Below are positions 50,483 to 59,732 of a stretch of 64,000 nucleotides of DNA, one piece after another. The notes beneath the pieces are model-generated. The model made no database searches. It was not told where the DNA came from and worked only from the letters and a program-made list of their open reading frames with translations. The translations under genes and the position numbers were made by a program. This stretch comes from Acidobacteriota bacterium (GTDB lineage: Bacteria > Acidobacteriota > UBA6911 > JACQSX01), in NCBI GenBank assembly GCA_036507075.1, contig DASXQR010000083.1, positions 96,001 to 160,000 on the forward strand, written 5' to 3'. Positions within the stretch are counted from its first letter, which is position 1, and each line of letters opens with the position of its first letter.

Positions 50483-51315
50483 CAGTCGGCCTTGTGTCCC
50501 TGCACGGAGGTCACAGCGATTATGGCGACGGCGCCGGACGTCTGGACGATTTTGCCCTTGCCGCCGCTAATCAAGGCATGCTCGCATTCGGTTTCACCGA
50601 ACACATGCCGCGCCGGAAAAAGTACTGGTATCCCACGGAAAATCCGGAACGACACTCGTTCCAGTGGTATCAGGGCTACGTGCGTGATGCCCGCCAGGTG
50701 CAGTCGCGCTTCCAGGGTAGAATCGAAATCCTGGTGGGCGCCGAGCTCGAGCTGATTCCGGGTGAGGAAGAATTTCTGGGCGAATTCCTGAGCGAGTTCA
50801 AGCTCGATTATGCGGTGGGATCGGTGCATTTCGTGCGCGACCTGGGATTCGATTATTCCCCGGAGTATTACGGCAGGGCCATCTCGCAGTGCGGCGGTTT
50901 TGAAGCCTTCTGCCTCGATTACCTGGAGACGATGGAAGCGATGCTGGAAAAGGTGTCCTTCCAGGTTCTCGGCCACTTTGACCTGTTCAAAGTCCACAGC
51001 ACAGAGCCGATAATGCTGAGCGACAAGGCGCTGGATCGGATCGACCGGTTGATGCGGCGGATCGCTGCTGCCGGACGCCTGCTCGACATCAACGCCAACG
51101 GCCTGTCAAAACCCTGCCGGGAAATCTATCCCTCGGTGCAAATCTTGAGGCTGGCGCGAAAGCACGGCGTCGAAGTGACACTAGGCGATGACTCTCACTC
51201 ACCTCAGGGGGTGGGCAGAAATCTTGAAGCCGCGCTCGAACACCTAAGGCACGCAGGCTACGCGGAAATCACATACCTGAAGCCGGACGGCAGCCGGCCA
51301 AAGTTGCGGATCTGA
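50479..51315 (+). CDS. PHP-family histidinol-phosphatase (HisJ/HisK-like)
   Basis: SLHGGH, FTEH.P, GSVH, GHFD, GDDSH; ATGA overlap with the cyclase. Confidence 0.85.
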   Translation: MTVGLVSLHGGHSDYGDGAGRLDDFALAAANQGMLAFGFTEHMPRRKKYWYPTENPERHSFQWYQGYVRDARQVQSRFQGRIEILVGAELELIPGEEEFLGEFLSEFKLDYAVGSVHFVRDLGFDYSPEYYGRAISQCGGFEAFCLDYLETMEAMLEKVSFQVLGHFDLFKVHSTEPIMLSDKALDRIDRLMRRIAAAGRLLDINANGLSKPCREIYPSVQILRLARKHGVEVTLGDDSHSPQGVGRNLEAALEHLRHAGYAEITYLKPDGSRPKLRI

Positions 51316-51329
51316 GAATATACGCGCAA

Positions 51330-51466
51330 TTGCCACGAAGACACGATGGCACGAAGATCCATCAATTTCATTTGGAAGTGCCACTGTTCCGCACTGAACG
51401 TTTTTTTCTGAGGGGTTACTTCAAAACAAAATACTGATCCTTCGTGTCTTGGCGCCTTCGTGGCAA
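51330..51466. repeat. Palindromic GCCACGAAGACACG element
   Basis: TTGCCACGAAG ... CTTCGTGGCAA between convergent genes. Confidence 0.65.
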
Positions 51467-51481
51467 GTCGAAATGCTCAAC

Positions 51482-52201
51482 CTACCGCCCGCCCTCGGAA
51501 ATCTCCTGATCCAGATCGATCAGTGCCTGTATCAGTCTCCGCCTCACCGCTGTCGCAAATGGATTCTGGGATTCCAAGTCAAAAAAAAGTTCCAAAGAAT
51601 CATTCTGCAATGAGTAGAGAAGCTCGAAAAATTTTTCGGGCCCGGGCGTCGAGATTTCACGCCGATTCAGACCGGCGTTTTCAATGGCTCGCGAAATAAG
51701 ATGGAACACAGCTTGTGTTTCCGCCATTTCGCGATCGTGCTCTTCCGGGGTGGTCTCGATCACAATCAGGCCGATGCTTTGCAGATAATCACGCACCGGA
51801 GCTATTCGATTTCCGCGCACCGGGCAGAGCGCGATCTTCAAGCCTCGAATTCCACCCTTGCCGCTGTCCGGGCCGAAAAGCGGGTGTGATCCGAGGACAT
51901 CCACAAAGTCGGGCAGCCGGTCCATCAGCGATGACAGTGGTCGGACCTTGACCGAACAAGTGTCAATTATCAGTTGTCCCGGACGCAGAAGTGGAGCGAT
52001 CTGCTCGCAGACTTTCGACACTTTCCGAATCGGGACGCTGAGAATCAGCACATCCGCGGCCACGGTTTCTTCCAGCGTGGATCCGCCTGCGACTGCCGGA
52101 TCGTACCAGTGGAGGCTGAAATCAGACGACAGGTAATCGACCACCATCGATCCAAAACGCCCTTTACCCAGGACTCCAATGGAACAGCGGGGTTTCTTCA
52201 T
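51482..52201 (-). CDS. tyrA: Prephenate/arogenate dehydrogenase
   Basis: G.GRFG, DTCSVK, HPLFGP, EEHD. Confidence 0.85.
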   Translation of the reverse strand: MKKPRCSIGVLGKGRFGSMVVDYLSSDFSLHWYDPAVAGGSTLEETVAADVLILSVPIRKVSKVCEQIAPLLRPGQLIIDTCSVKVRPLSSLMDRLPDFVDVLGSHPLFGPDSGKGGIRGLKIALCPVRGNRIAPVRDYLQSIGLIVIETTPEEHDREMAETQAVFHLISRAIENAGLNRREISTPGPEKFFELLYSLQNDSLELFFDLESQNPFATAVRRRLIQALIDLDQEISEGGR

Positions 52202-52340
52202 GCAAAATCAAGTCTCGAACTTGACAATTCAAAGATTCAAAATTGAATTCGGAGCTCGAAACGCGGAATTGTAATTCGAAAATTCTTATTGAGCCTAACC
52301 GCGATGGCGGCCGATAGGCAAATTCTTTATCATCATTATC

Positions 52341-52979
52341 ATGCCGAATTCCATGCAATGCCGGCTTTCACGTGAGAGCGCCTTTCCCGGCCTGTTGTTT
52401 CGCGAGTCTCCATCTTCGGCCTTGATCGAACGCTATTGGGACGGGAGACAGGCTGGTCCTGAAATGGCCACCACGATTCACGCTGCCTGGAATTCAGAAC
52501 ATCTCTATTTCCAGTTCTCAGCGCCTTACACGGAGCTGTACGTAAACGAAGACTGGTCAAACGACCGCAGCACTTACGGACTCTGGGAGAGAGATGTGGT
52601 GGAAGTTTTTCTCAGGCCTGATATTTCTTCCGTTTATTTTGAATTCGAAGTCAGCCCGCTGGCACAGTGGCTGGATGTGCTGATTCGGGAACCAAGAAAA
52701 GATGTTGATTTTTCGTGGGCGTCGGGGATGAAGGTTCAATGCGAGCTCGATAGTGCAAAGAGACAGTGGATTTCCCGGCTGACCGTTCCGCTCGCGCCCA
52801 TGCGAAACGCTCTGAAAACAGATCTGGTCTTGAAGGCGGGGGTGATCTGGAGAGCGAACCTGTTTCGCGTCTCCGGGGCGGAACCGGCGCGCCACTACCT
52901 TGCCTGGCAGCCGACCTTTACCCCCGCGCCCGATTTTCACGTGCCTTCGGCCTTTGGAAATCTCATCTTCGTGGAGTGA
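52341..52979 (+). CDS. CBM9-like / DOMON carbohydrate-binding protein
   Basis: LWERDVVEVF, YFEFEVSP, WRANLFR, DFHVP..FG. Confidence 0.82.
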   Translation: MPNSMQCRLSRESAFPGLLFRESPSSALIERYWDGRQAGPEMATTIHAAWNSEHLYFQFSAPYTELYVNEDWSNDRSTYGLWERDVVEVFLRPDISSVYFEFEVSPLAQWLDVLIREPRKDVDFSWASGMKVQCELDSAKRQWISRLTVPLAPMRNALKTDLVLKAGVIWRANLFRVSGAEPARHYLAWQPTFTPAPDFHVPSAFGNLIFVE

Positions 52980-53077
52980 CTTCTCGATCCATTTGGATAC
53001 CCGGATGCAAGAGCCGAGCTTTGTGTCTTGGGGGTTCATTCTTTTTTCACCACCAAGACACCAGGCTATCTCAACCG

Positions 53078-54586
53078 TCACTGGCTGCTCCCCACCGACA
53101 CCTTGTTCTCAAACGCCGTCATGCGCCAGTTACTCAAATCCACCAGGGCAACGCGCAGCATGTATTCACCCGGCGGCGCCAGTACCTTGCCGTTGTATAC
53201 GATCATCCTTCCCGCCTGGATGTCCGTGCGCGACAGATTCACATCAATGAAGTCCCGCACGCGGCTGATCTCCTTTCCATGGCTGTCGACCAGCACGCCA
53301 ATGATGCCCAATTGAGTCCGCACCTGTTTCAGCGAAAATCCCGCAAGAGAATACGGACTCACCAGGAGACGAAAGGGAAGCCCTTGCAACGCTCCGGAAG
53401 ACTTCATCGGCAGCAGATCCAGCTCTCCGCCAATCTCGTGGAATGTGGTGTGAAGGTCCAATGGCAGCGAGCTCAGGCGTGAATTCTTGAAGAGGGCTGA
53501 AACGAAATGCTTCTTCGTGCGCAGGCGCTCCGGCAGATTCGCGAATACTCCCTGCACCTGATAATCAGGACGATTTGTGACTACCTGGATGTTTCTTGCC
53601 AGACGCTCCGCATACGGATCTGAAGTTATGAAACCCAACGTGTAAAGGCTTCCGAAAAGAGAGGCGTTGATTTCCGCCAGTGTTCCTTCGAAATCTATGA
53701 TCGATTCAAAGGATTCAAAGCTGCGGCCGCCGGAGCGCTCCGCCAGCGAGGAATACGCAGCATGCTGGCGATCGAGCTCGTCCTTCAGAGGCGATGGCGT
53801 TTCTTCGGCCGGGACGGACTGCACCGACGGAACCCAGACAGTAAAAATGGTTACATTATTCTGCAGTGCGGTTTTCAACGCAGGGTCCGCCGATTTCACA
53901 TCCGGATCCTCGCCGTCGGAGATGATGACCACAATGCGCCGCTTTCCGTCACGGCGTTTCCCCAGATTCCGGGACAGCTCCGACAGTGACGCATAAAGAT
54001 TGCTCCGGCCCGAAATATCCTTGTGGGCTTGCTGAAACCCCCGGGAGAGCTGCGCCGGATTGGCGGTGAAATCCTGGAACCGCGCCAACTTGTCGGAAAA
54101 GCCATAGACGGCGACTTCGGTCCCGAGCGGCACGTTTCGCAAAAAGCTTTCCGCGGCCGCAATTTCCTCGGCGCGCGTGCCGTAGGTGCTGCCGCTGACG
54201 TCCAACAAAAAAGTGAGCGCGACCGGGATATTTGCGCCGCCTTTTCCGGGTGGTTCAAAAAATGTGATCGCCTGCTTGACCCCTTCCTCGTAAAGCGTGA
54301 AGTCGGATTGCCGCAGCGCATTTACAAAACGGCCTTCGCCGTCTTTGACGGAAAAACGAACCGTGACCAGATTGACATCCACTCGGAATTGGGGCGGTTC
54401 CTGGGGTTTTTCCGGTTGTTGCGGCTGCGGTGACTGATGCGGCGGTGACTGATCCGATTGCGCAGGCTTTTCCTGCGCACTCCGGGCCACAATGCGGCTG
54501 CCCGGAACCCACGCGTGCACAATGAGGAGAAAAAGCGGAAGGGAGAATCGAATCTTCAAAGCACTCATCCGTCTACCTTGGGTCAT
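53078..54586 (-). CDS. Acidobacterial-type VWA domain protein
   Basis: FRVDVNLV, DVSGS MIDAS motif, ISDGED; exact start uncertain. Confidence 0.82.
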   Translation of the reverse strand: MTQGRRMSALKIRFSLPLFLLIVHAWVPGSRIVARSAQEKPAQSDQSPPHQSPQPQQPEKPQEPPQFRVDVNLVTVRFSVKDGEGRFVNALRQSDFTLYEEGVKQAITFFEPPGKGGANIPVALTFLLDVSGSTYGTRAEEIAAAESFLRNVPLGTEVAVYGFSDKLARFQDFTANPAQLSRGFQQAHKDISGRSNLYASLSELSRNLGKRRDGKRRIVVIISDGEDPDVKSADPALKTALQNNVTIFTVWVPSVQSVPAEETPSPLKDELDRQHAAYSSLAERSGGRSFESFESIIDFEGTLAEINASLFGSLYTLGFITSDPYAERLARNIQVVTNRPDYQVQGVFANLPERLRTKKHFVSALFKNSRLSSLPLDLHTTFHEIGGELDLLPMKSSGALQGLPFRLLVSPYSLAGFSLKQVRTQLGIIGVLVDSHGKEISRVRDFIDVNLSRTDIQAGRMIVYNGKVLAPPGEYMLRVALVDLSNWRMTAFENKVSVGSSQ

Positions 54587-54630
54587 CGTAATACAACGAC
54601 CGGGCTTGGACGTGAGAAAAAAAATCAGTA

Positions 54631-54660
54631 CCGCGACCATAAGCCCGGATTATTCATAAA
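54631..54660 (+). repeat. Solo end of the long MITE-like element
   Basis: CCGCGACCATAAGCCCGGATTATTCATAAA, nearly identical to the ends of copy 1. Confidence 0.7.
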
Positions 54661-54740
54661 CTGGACAACGAACTGCAACCCCAACCATGCCTGCAAGAGC
54701 GTGGTGCTTATATCTGCCGGCTGCCGATTCGTCACAGTGC

Positions 54741-54834
54741 TTTCACCGCAGAGTCGCCGAGATCGCCGAGGTCTCGCAGAGTTGCAGTCCAGACTCTGCG
54801 AAATCTCAGCGTACTCTGCGCCTCGGCGGTGAAA
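54741..54834. repeat. Palindromic TTCACCGCAGAG element
   Basis: TTTCACCGCAGAG ... CTCGGCGGTGAAA. Confidence 0.7.
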
Positions 54835-54924
54835 TGCTTTTGTGGCCGGCTTCCAGGTTCTTGCCCCGGTGGCGTCGATTTTTTTCACGTCGGCTTCTGG
54901 TATGATCACGCCAAAAGGCTGTCT

Positions 54925-55269
54925 ATGGATAACTGTCTCTTCTGCAAAATCTCCACCAAGGAAATTCAAGCAAAGTTGGCTTACGAAGATGAACGGGTAG
55001 TGGCCTTTTACGACATCAACCCGCAGGCGCCTACGCATATTCTGGTGGTCCCGCGAAAACACATCGCGTCACTCCACGATTGTACCGAAGATGACGCCGC
55101 CCTGATGGGACATGCTTTGATAGTCGCGAAAAACCTGGCGGAGAAGCAAAAGCTGAGCGGTTCGGGTTACCGGGTGGTCCTGAACACCGGGCAGGGGGCG
55201 GGACAAAGCGTGTTTCACATACACTTTCACCTGCTCGGAGGCCGCAGCTTCAAGTGGCCGCCGGGGTAA
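54925..55269 (+). CDS. HIT family nucleotide-binding protein (HinT-like)
   Basis: CLFC, DINPQAP.H, GQSVFHIHFHLLGG. Confidence 0.93.
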   Translation: MDNCLFCKISTKEIQAKLAYEDERVVAFYDINPQAPTHILVVPRKHIASLHDCTEDDAALMGHALIVAKNLAEKQKLSGSGYRVVLNTGQGAGQSVFHIHFHLLGGRSFKWPPG

Positions 55270-55337
55270 TGCTTGTACTCACAGAGCAGCGTCCCGTAGG
55301 GGCGTGGCGGCAATCACGTAAGTCATCTCGCCTTAAC

Positions 55338-55453
55338 AGTACCGCGGTGCGTGAGCCCGCGGCGCGCGCATCACGGTGATCTGATCGATTGGAGCGCCGC
55401 TTATCCTCAGGCCGATCGATGCGTGCGCCGCGGGCTCACGCACCGCGGTACTG
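55338..55453. repeat. REP-like inverted pair
   Basis: CAGTACCGCGGTGCGTGAGCCCGCGGCGC ... GCGCCGCGGGCTCACGCACCGCGGTACTG. Confidence 0.78.
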
Positions 55454-55487
55454 ATCGGGAGGGTCCTGCACACTCTCTGGGCGGCGT

Positions 55488-56342
55488 TTATCGCAGCCGG
55501 GCCACCAAGCATCGCGGGATTCCATTCAGGTCAGGGTACACGTACAGGTCGCCCCAGCGCGCACCGAAAAGTGACTGCACCGCGTCTTGCTGACCATACC
55601 CGATCTCCAGGATCAGCCATCCGGCCCCCGCCAGTCGCCCTTCGGCCAGCGGCACGATGCGCTTAAAGAAGGAAATCCCTTTATCGGGGGCGAACACGGC
55701 CAGGGCGGGTTCGTGCTCCCGCACATCCTCGGCGACGCGAGGATCCAATTGGGAAACGTACGGCGGATTGGAAAAGATTGCGTCCAGCGGCGCAGCGGTT
55801 TCGGGCAGCAGGTCCGTCTCGACGAATTTGATCCTTTCCAACACTCCGTGTGCGCAGGCATTCTCCCGCGCAATCCGCAACGCCGCAGCCGATGCGTCCG
55901 TTGCCAGTACGAAAGCGGATGGAATCTCTGCTGCCAGGGAAACCGCAATACAGCCGCTGCCGGTGCCGATATCAGCCAGCCTGCAGGATTCTCGTCTTGG
56001 TGTCTCTTGCGCCTGGAAAATCGCGATGCCTTTCTCCACCAGCAGTTCCGTTTCAGGCCGCGGGATCAGCACGGCAGAGGAGACGACAAATTCGCGCCCG
56101 TAGAACTCTCTTCGTCCGGTAATGTAGGCCAGCGGTGTTCGGGATGCGCGCCGTTGCACCCAATCAAGAAACTTCTCGCGATCCTGATCCTGCAACTGAA
56201 AATCATAATGAGTCAGGATCCAGGTCAAGTCCCGGTCCAGAATCCTGGAAAGAAGAAGGCGCGCATCAAGCTGCGCGTCCTGGATGCCGGCCGTCTTGAG
56301 CTTTGAGCCGGCCTGGCGAAGCAGTTCCTGAATGGTGGCCAT
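55488..56342 (-). CDS. prmC: Release factor glutamine methyltransferase PrmC/HemK
   Basis: VLIPRPETE, DIGTGSG, SNPPY. Confidence 0.95.
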   Translation of the reverse strand: MATIQELLRQAGSKLKTAGIQDAQLDARLLLSRILDRDLTWILTHYDFQLQDQDREKFLDWVQRRASRTPLAYITGRREFYGREFVVSSAVLIPRPETELLVEKGIAIFQAQETPRRESCRLADIGTGSGCIAVSLAAEIPSAFVLATDASAAALRIARENACAHGVLERIKFVETDLLPETAAPLDAIFSNPPYVSQLDPRVAEDVREHEPALAVFAPDKGISFFKRIVPLAEGRLAGAGWLILEIGYGQQDAVQSLFGARWGDLYVYPDLNGIPRCLVARLR

Positions 56343-56345
56343 CGG

Positions 56346-56570
56346 TCGCTAGTCCGGATTATCCAAAAACTTCACCGCGAAGAGCGCTAAGAACGCCAAG
56401 ATAGCGCGGGGTAACGGCCTGGAGCTCAAAGCATGAAGGCCAACGCAAAAAGAAATGACATGCAATCCTTAATTAGCCTTCATGCTTTGAGCTCCAGGCC
56501 GTTACCCCGCGCTATCTTGGCGTTCTTAGCGCTCTTCGCGGTGAAGTTTTTGGATAATCCGGACTAGCGA
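56346..56570. mobile_element. Long palindromic MITE-like element, copy 3 (95-bp perfect arms)
   Basis: 56346-56440 is the reverse complement of 56476-56570; 35-nt loop. Confidence 0.85.
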
Positions 56571-56582
56571 TCGATGACCAGG

Positions 56583-57656
56583 TCACGCCACCACGGAGTT
56601 CTTGAGTTTCTCGGCTTGGAAATGCGCAACCACGGAATCGATCACTTCACCCAGGTCGCCCTCCATAATGGAATCGAGCCGGTGGAGTGTCAGGCCGATG
56701 CGGTGGTCGGTAAGCCGGTTCTGAGGAAAATTGTAGGTGCGGACTTTTTCACTGCGATCACCGGTGCCTACCTGAGACCTGCGGTTCTGAGCGATCTCGT
56801 TTTGCTGTTCGAAAAGCGCGCGCTCATAAAGACGGGAGCGTAAAACTCGCATCGCCTTGGCTCGATTTTTGATCTGAGATTTCTCGTCCTGGCAGGAAAC
56901 CACCTCGCCGGTGGGAATGTGCGTGATCCGAACCGCCGAATACGTTGTGTTGACCGACTGCCCTCCGGGACCGGAGGAACAAAACGTGTCAATCCGGATG
57001 TCCTTGGGGTTGATCTCGATTTCCACTTCGTCGGCTTCAGGCAAGACGGCAACCGTCACCGCCGATGTGTGCACGCGGCCGCTTGCTTCCGTCTGCGGCA
57101 CCCGTTGCACGCGATGCACCCCGCTTTCATACTTCAGCTTACTGTAAACCCCGGAGCCCTCGATCATGGCGATTACTTCCTTAAGTCCGCCTACGCCCGA
57201 GAAGTGCGATGAAAGAACGTCTACTTTCCAGCGCTGGCGCTCGGCGTAACGGCTGTACATGCGAAACACCTCCTGGGCGAAGAGCGATGCCTCATCTCCC
57301 CCGGTTCCCGCGCGAATCTCCAGGATCACATTCTTTGCGTCGTTGGGATCCCTGGGAATTAAAAGTTGCTTCAATTCTTCAGAGCAGCGTTCCAATTGCT
57401 GCTCCAGAGAGGAAAGTTCCTCTTTAGCCAGGGCCAGCATTTCCGGGTCGTTTTCCTGGGCGATCAGGTCCCGCGTTTCGCGAACGCCGGCCTCGAGTCC
57501 CCTGTACTGATCGTGCTTTTCCACGATCTCTTCCGATTCGCGGAAAGACTTCATCAGCTTCTGATATTTTTCAGGATCCGAAACGACGGCGGGGTCGCTT
57601 AACTGGCGGGAAAGCTCCTCATGTTTCTTTCGTATCTCTTCCAGCCGATCGAACAT
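56583..57656 (-). CDS. prfA: Peptide chain release factor 1
   Basis: PQT tripeptide, GGQ, RTYNFPQ. Confidence 0.97.
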   Translation of the reverse strand: MFDRLEEIRKKHEELSRQLSDPAVVSDPEKYQKLMKSFRESEEIVEKHDQYRGLEAGVRETRDLIAQENDPEMLALAKEELSSLEQQLERCSEELKQLLIPRDPNDAKNVILEIRAGTGGDEASLFAQEVFRMYSRYAERQRWKVDVLSSHFSGVGGLKEVIAMIEGSGVYSKLKYESGVHRVQRVPQTEASGRVHTSAVTVAVLPEADEVEIEINPKDIRIDTFCSSGPGGQSVNTTYSAVRITHIPTGEVVSCQDEKSQIKNRAKAMRVLRSRLYERALFEQQNEIAQNRRSQVGTGDRSEKVRTYNFPQNRLTDHRIGLTLHRLDSIMEGDLGEVIDSVVAHFQAEKLKNSVVA

Positions 57657-57659
57657 GGC

Positions 57660-58577
57660 TTACGCTGCCTGAGTCTTTAACTCGCGCTCTATGCCGAGCG
57701 CCTGTTCCAGCGAATACAGGGCCACCTGGAGCTGGTCGTCTGAAGGCTCCTGTGTGGTTATCAACTGCAGCCACAGCCCCGGTTTCATCAGGGGTCTCCA
57801 GAACAAGTTGTTCGGTTTCCTGGCTGAAAGCCGGATCAGCTCATAGGACAAACCTGATACCAGCGGCATCAGCACGATGCGGGAAAGCAACAGCGGGACA
57901 AAGCTTTTCCATTTGAAAAGCGTGAACACGAAAATGCTGACCAGCATGACAAACATAAGAAAACTGGTGCCGCATCGCGGATGCAGGCGCGTGAAGCGGC
58001 GCGCGTTTTCCACCGTCAGATCGGTTCCCGCCTCCCAGTTATGAACCACCTTGTGTTCGGCGCCGTGGTACTGGAAGATCCGGTGTATGTCTTTCATGCG
58101 GGAGATGAACACCAGGTAGGCCAAAAAAATGACCACCCGGATCAAGCCGTCCACACAATTAAACAGGATCCAGTTTTTCAGCAGTGGAAAGATGGAGGCC
58201 CCGATCCTGGTCAGGTACAACGGCACAAACAGGAACAACCCCACGCCGAAGACGAGCGCCACCACGAATGAGGCCACAAGAGCGAGCCGCTGCTTCCAAT
58301 TCTGTTCTTCGTGCGACGCGCTGTGGGGCTCATCGAGAGCCGCCGCCGCGGAAAAATTCAACGCCCGGACGCCCAGCATCATGGCATGCACCAGCACCAC
58401 GAATCCGCGCAGCACGGGCCAGCGGAGCCAGCGCTTCCAGGGAGCCATTTCCAGTTTTTCCTTGAGCACAGCCAGCTCACCGGATGGCTTGCGCACTGCC
58501 ACGGCAAAGGCATTGGGAGTGCGCATCATAACCCCCTCGATAACTGCCTGGCCCCCGACTAAAACATTCTCTTCCAC
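57660..58577 (-). CDS. DUF1385 membrane protein
   Basis: GGQAVIEGVMM, YHGAEHK, HPRCGTSF; usual position between rpmE and prfA. Confidence 0.9.
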   Translation of the reverse strand: MEENVLVGGQAVIEGVMMRTPNAFAVAVRKPSGELAVLKEKLEMAPWKRWLRWPVLRGFVVLVHAMMLGVRALNFSAAAALDEPHSASHEEQNWKQRLALVASFVVALVFGVGLFLFVPLYLTRIGASIFPLLKNWILFNCVDGLIRVVIFLAYLVFISRMKDIHRIFQYHGAEHKVVHNWEAGTDLTVENARRFTRLHPRCGTSFLMFVMLVSIFVFTLFKWKSFVPLLLSRIVLMPLVSGLSYELIRLSARKPNNLFWRPLMKPGLWLQLITTQEPSDDQLQVALYSLEQALGIERELKTQAA

Positions 58578-58579
58578 GG

Positions 58580-58792
58580 TTACTTGCCCTTCTTTGCGTA
58601 TTTCTTCTGGAATCGCTCCACGCGGCCGGCCGTATCGATTAGTTTCTGTTTCCCGGTGAAAAAGGGATGGCAACTGGAGCAGATTTCCAGACGGATTTCC
58701 TGGCCCGGCTTGGTGGACCGCGTTTCCCACTCATGGCCGCAGGCACAGTGAACGTGTACCGGATGATAGTCGGGATGAATCGCTTCTTTCAT
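58580..58792 (-). CDS. rpmE: 50S ribosomal protein L31 (Zn-binding type)
   Basis: [28 protein letters not shown]. Confidence 0.96.
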   Translation of the reverse strand: MKEAIHPDYHPVHVHCACGHEWETRSTKPGQEIRLEICSSCHPFFTGKQKLIDTAGRVERFQKKYAKKGK

Positions 58793-58860
58793 AGTGCTTT
58801 TGACCTCGAAACAAAACGTTTAGTTTACCACCGGCCCTGCTATCGAGGAAAGGACTCGTA

Positions 58861-58921
58861 TCGAGCCATCTAAAATGTAACCCAAGAAGGTATCGTCGAG
58901 CCATTTAAGATGTAACCCAAG
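58861..58921. repeat. Two 26-bp direct repeats at the IS remnant left end
   Basis: TCGAGCCATCTAAAATGTAACCCAAG / TCGAGCCATTTAAGATGTAACCCAAG, 24 of 26 identical. Confidence 0.75.
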
Positions 58922-58946
58922 CGAAACGACATTGGAGGGTTACGTT

Positions 58947-59265
58947 ATGGGTGGCGATCCCAAGTGGGAATACTTGGTTGCGATCTACCAGCGATACCAG
59001 GAAGCGAAGCGAGGGCGCAAGGGAGCGATTCTGGATGAGTTGTGTGCCAATACTGGATATAACCGCAAGTACGCGATACGCAAACTCAACGGTTCTGCTC
59101 CGCGCAGGCAGGTGAGACGTGGCGGCAAGCGCAAACCTCTGTATGGGTCGCAGGTAATCGAGATTTTAACGGCCGTGTGGGAGACGGCCGGTATCCCTGG
59201 TCGGTCAAGCTGAAGACGCTGTTGCCGCTTTGGATGCCATGGATCCGAAAGCGATTTAAATTTAG
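58947..59265 (+). pseudogene. Frameshifted, truncated DDE/integrase-type transposase N-terminus
   Basis: WEYL.AIY.RY..A....KG.ILDE.C..TGYNRKYAIR.L; continues in another frame as YPWSVKLK.LLPLWMPW; ends at a REP-like unit. Confidence 0.72.
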
Positions 59266-59488
59266 TGCCGGCGTGCTGTGCCTCTGTGGTGAAGTCTTTT
59301 CTCGAAGGGCAGCATACACACAGATGGGAAAACGCCGGCTCAGTTTCACGTGCATGCCCCACAGCCGGGTAATCCATGGGTGCTTTCGGGCCGTTCAACC
59401 CGCGTGGGAGCACCGACTTACACCGGTTTTGAATGCCAGCGCCGGTGCCCGTCCGAGAAACCCGTGCAAGTTTGATGAAATCCTTACC

Positions 59489-59518
59489 TTGACAAAATTT
59501 TGGCGCATCGGTTAACTT
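59489..59518 (+). promoter_or_regulatory. Possible sigma70 promoter of rpsA
   Basis: TTGACA-18 bp-TAACTT, about 215 bp before the start codon. Confidence 0.45.
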
Positions 59519-59732
59519 TACTTCTTTAAATACCAGTTAAGGAATGCTCCAGTTTGTTGTCAGGACCCAAATATCGGTCTCCCATCCCGGCTCGGGGAAA
59601 TACCCGATCTAGCAAAGCTCCGCTTGGATTCGGATTTGCCCCCGACGATGCCAACCGTCCCGGCAACAGTCCCACGCTGGAAACAACCTTAGAAATCAAA
59701 AAAAAGAAATCACATTAGGAGGATTGTTTTAA

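Noticed and set aside
59340..59356. Third parS-like site (GTTTCACGTGCATG)
   Set aside because: Only one half-site matches
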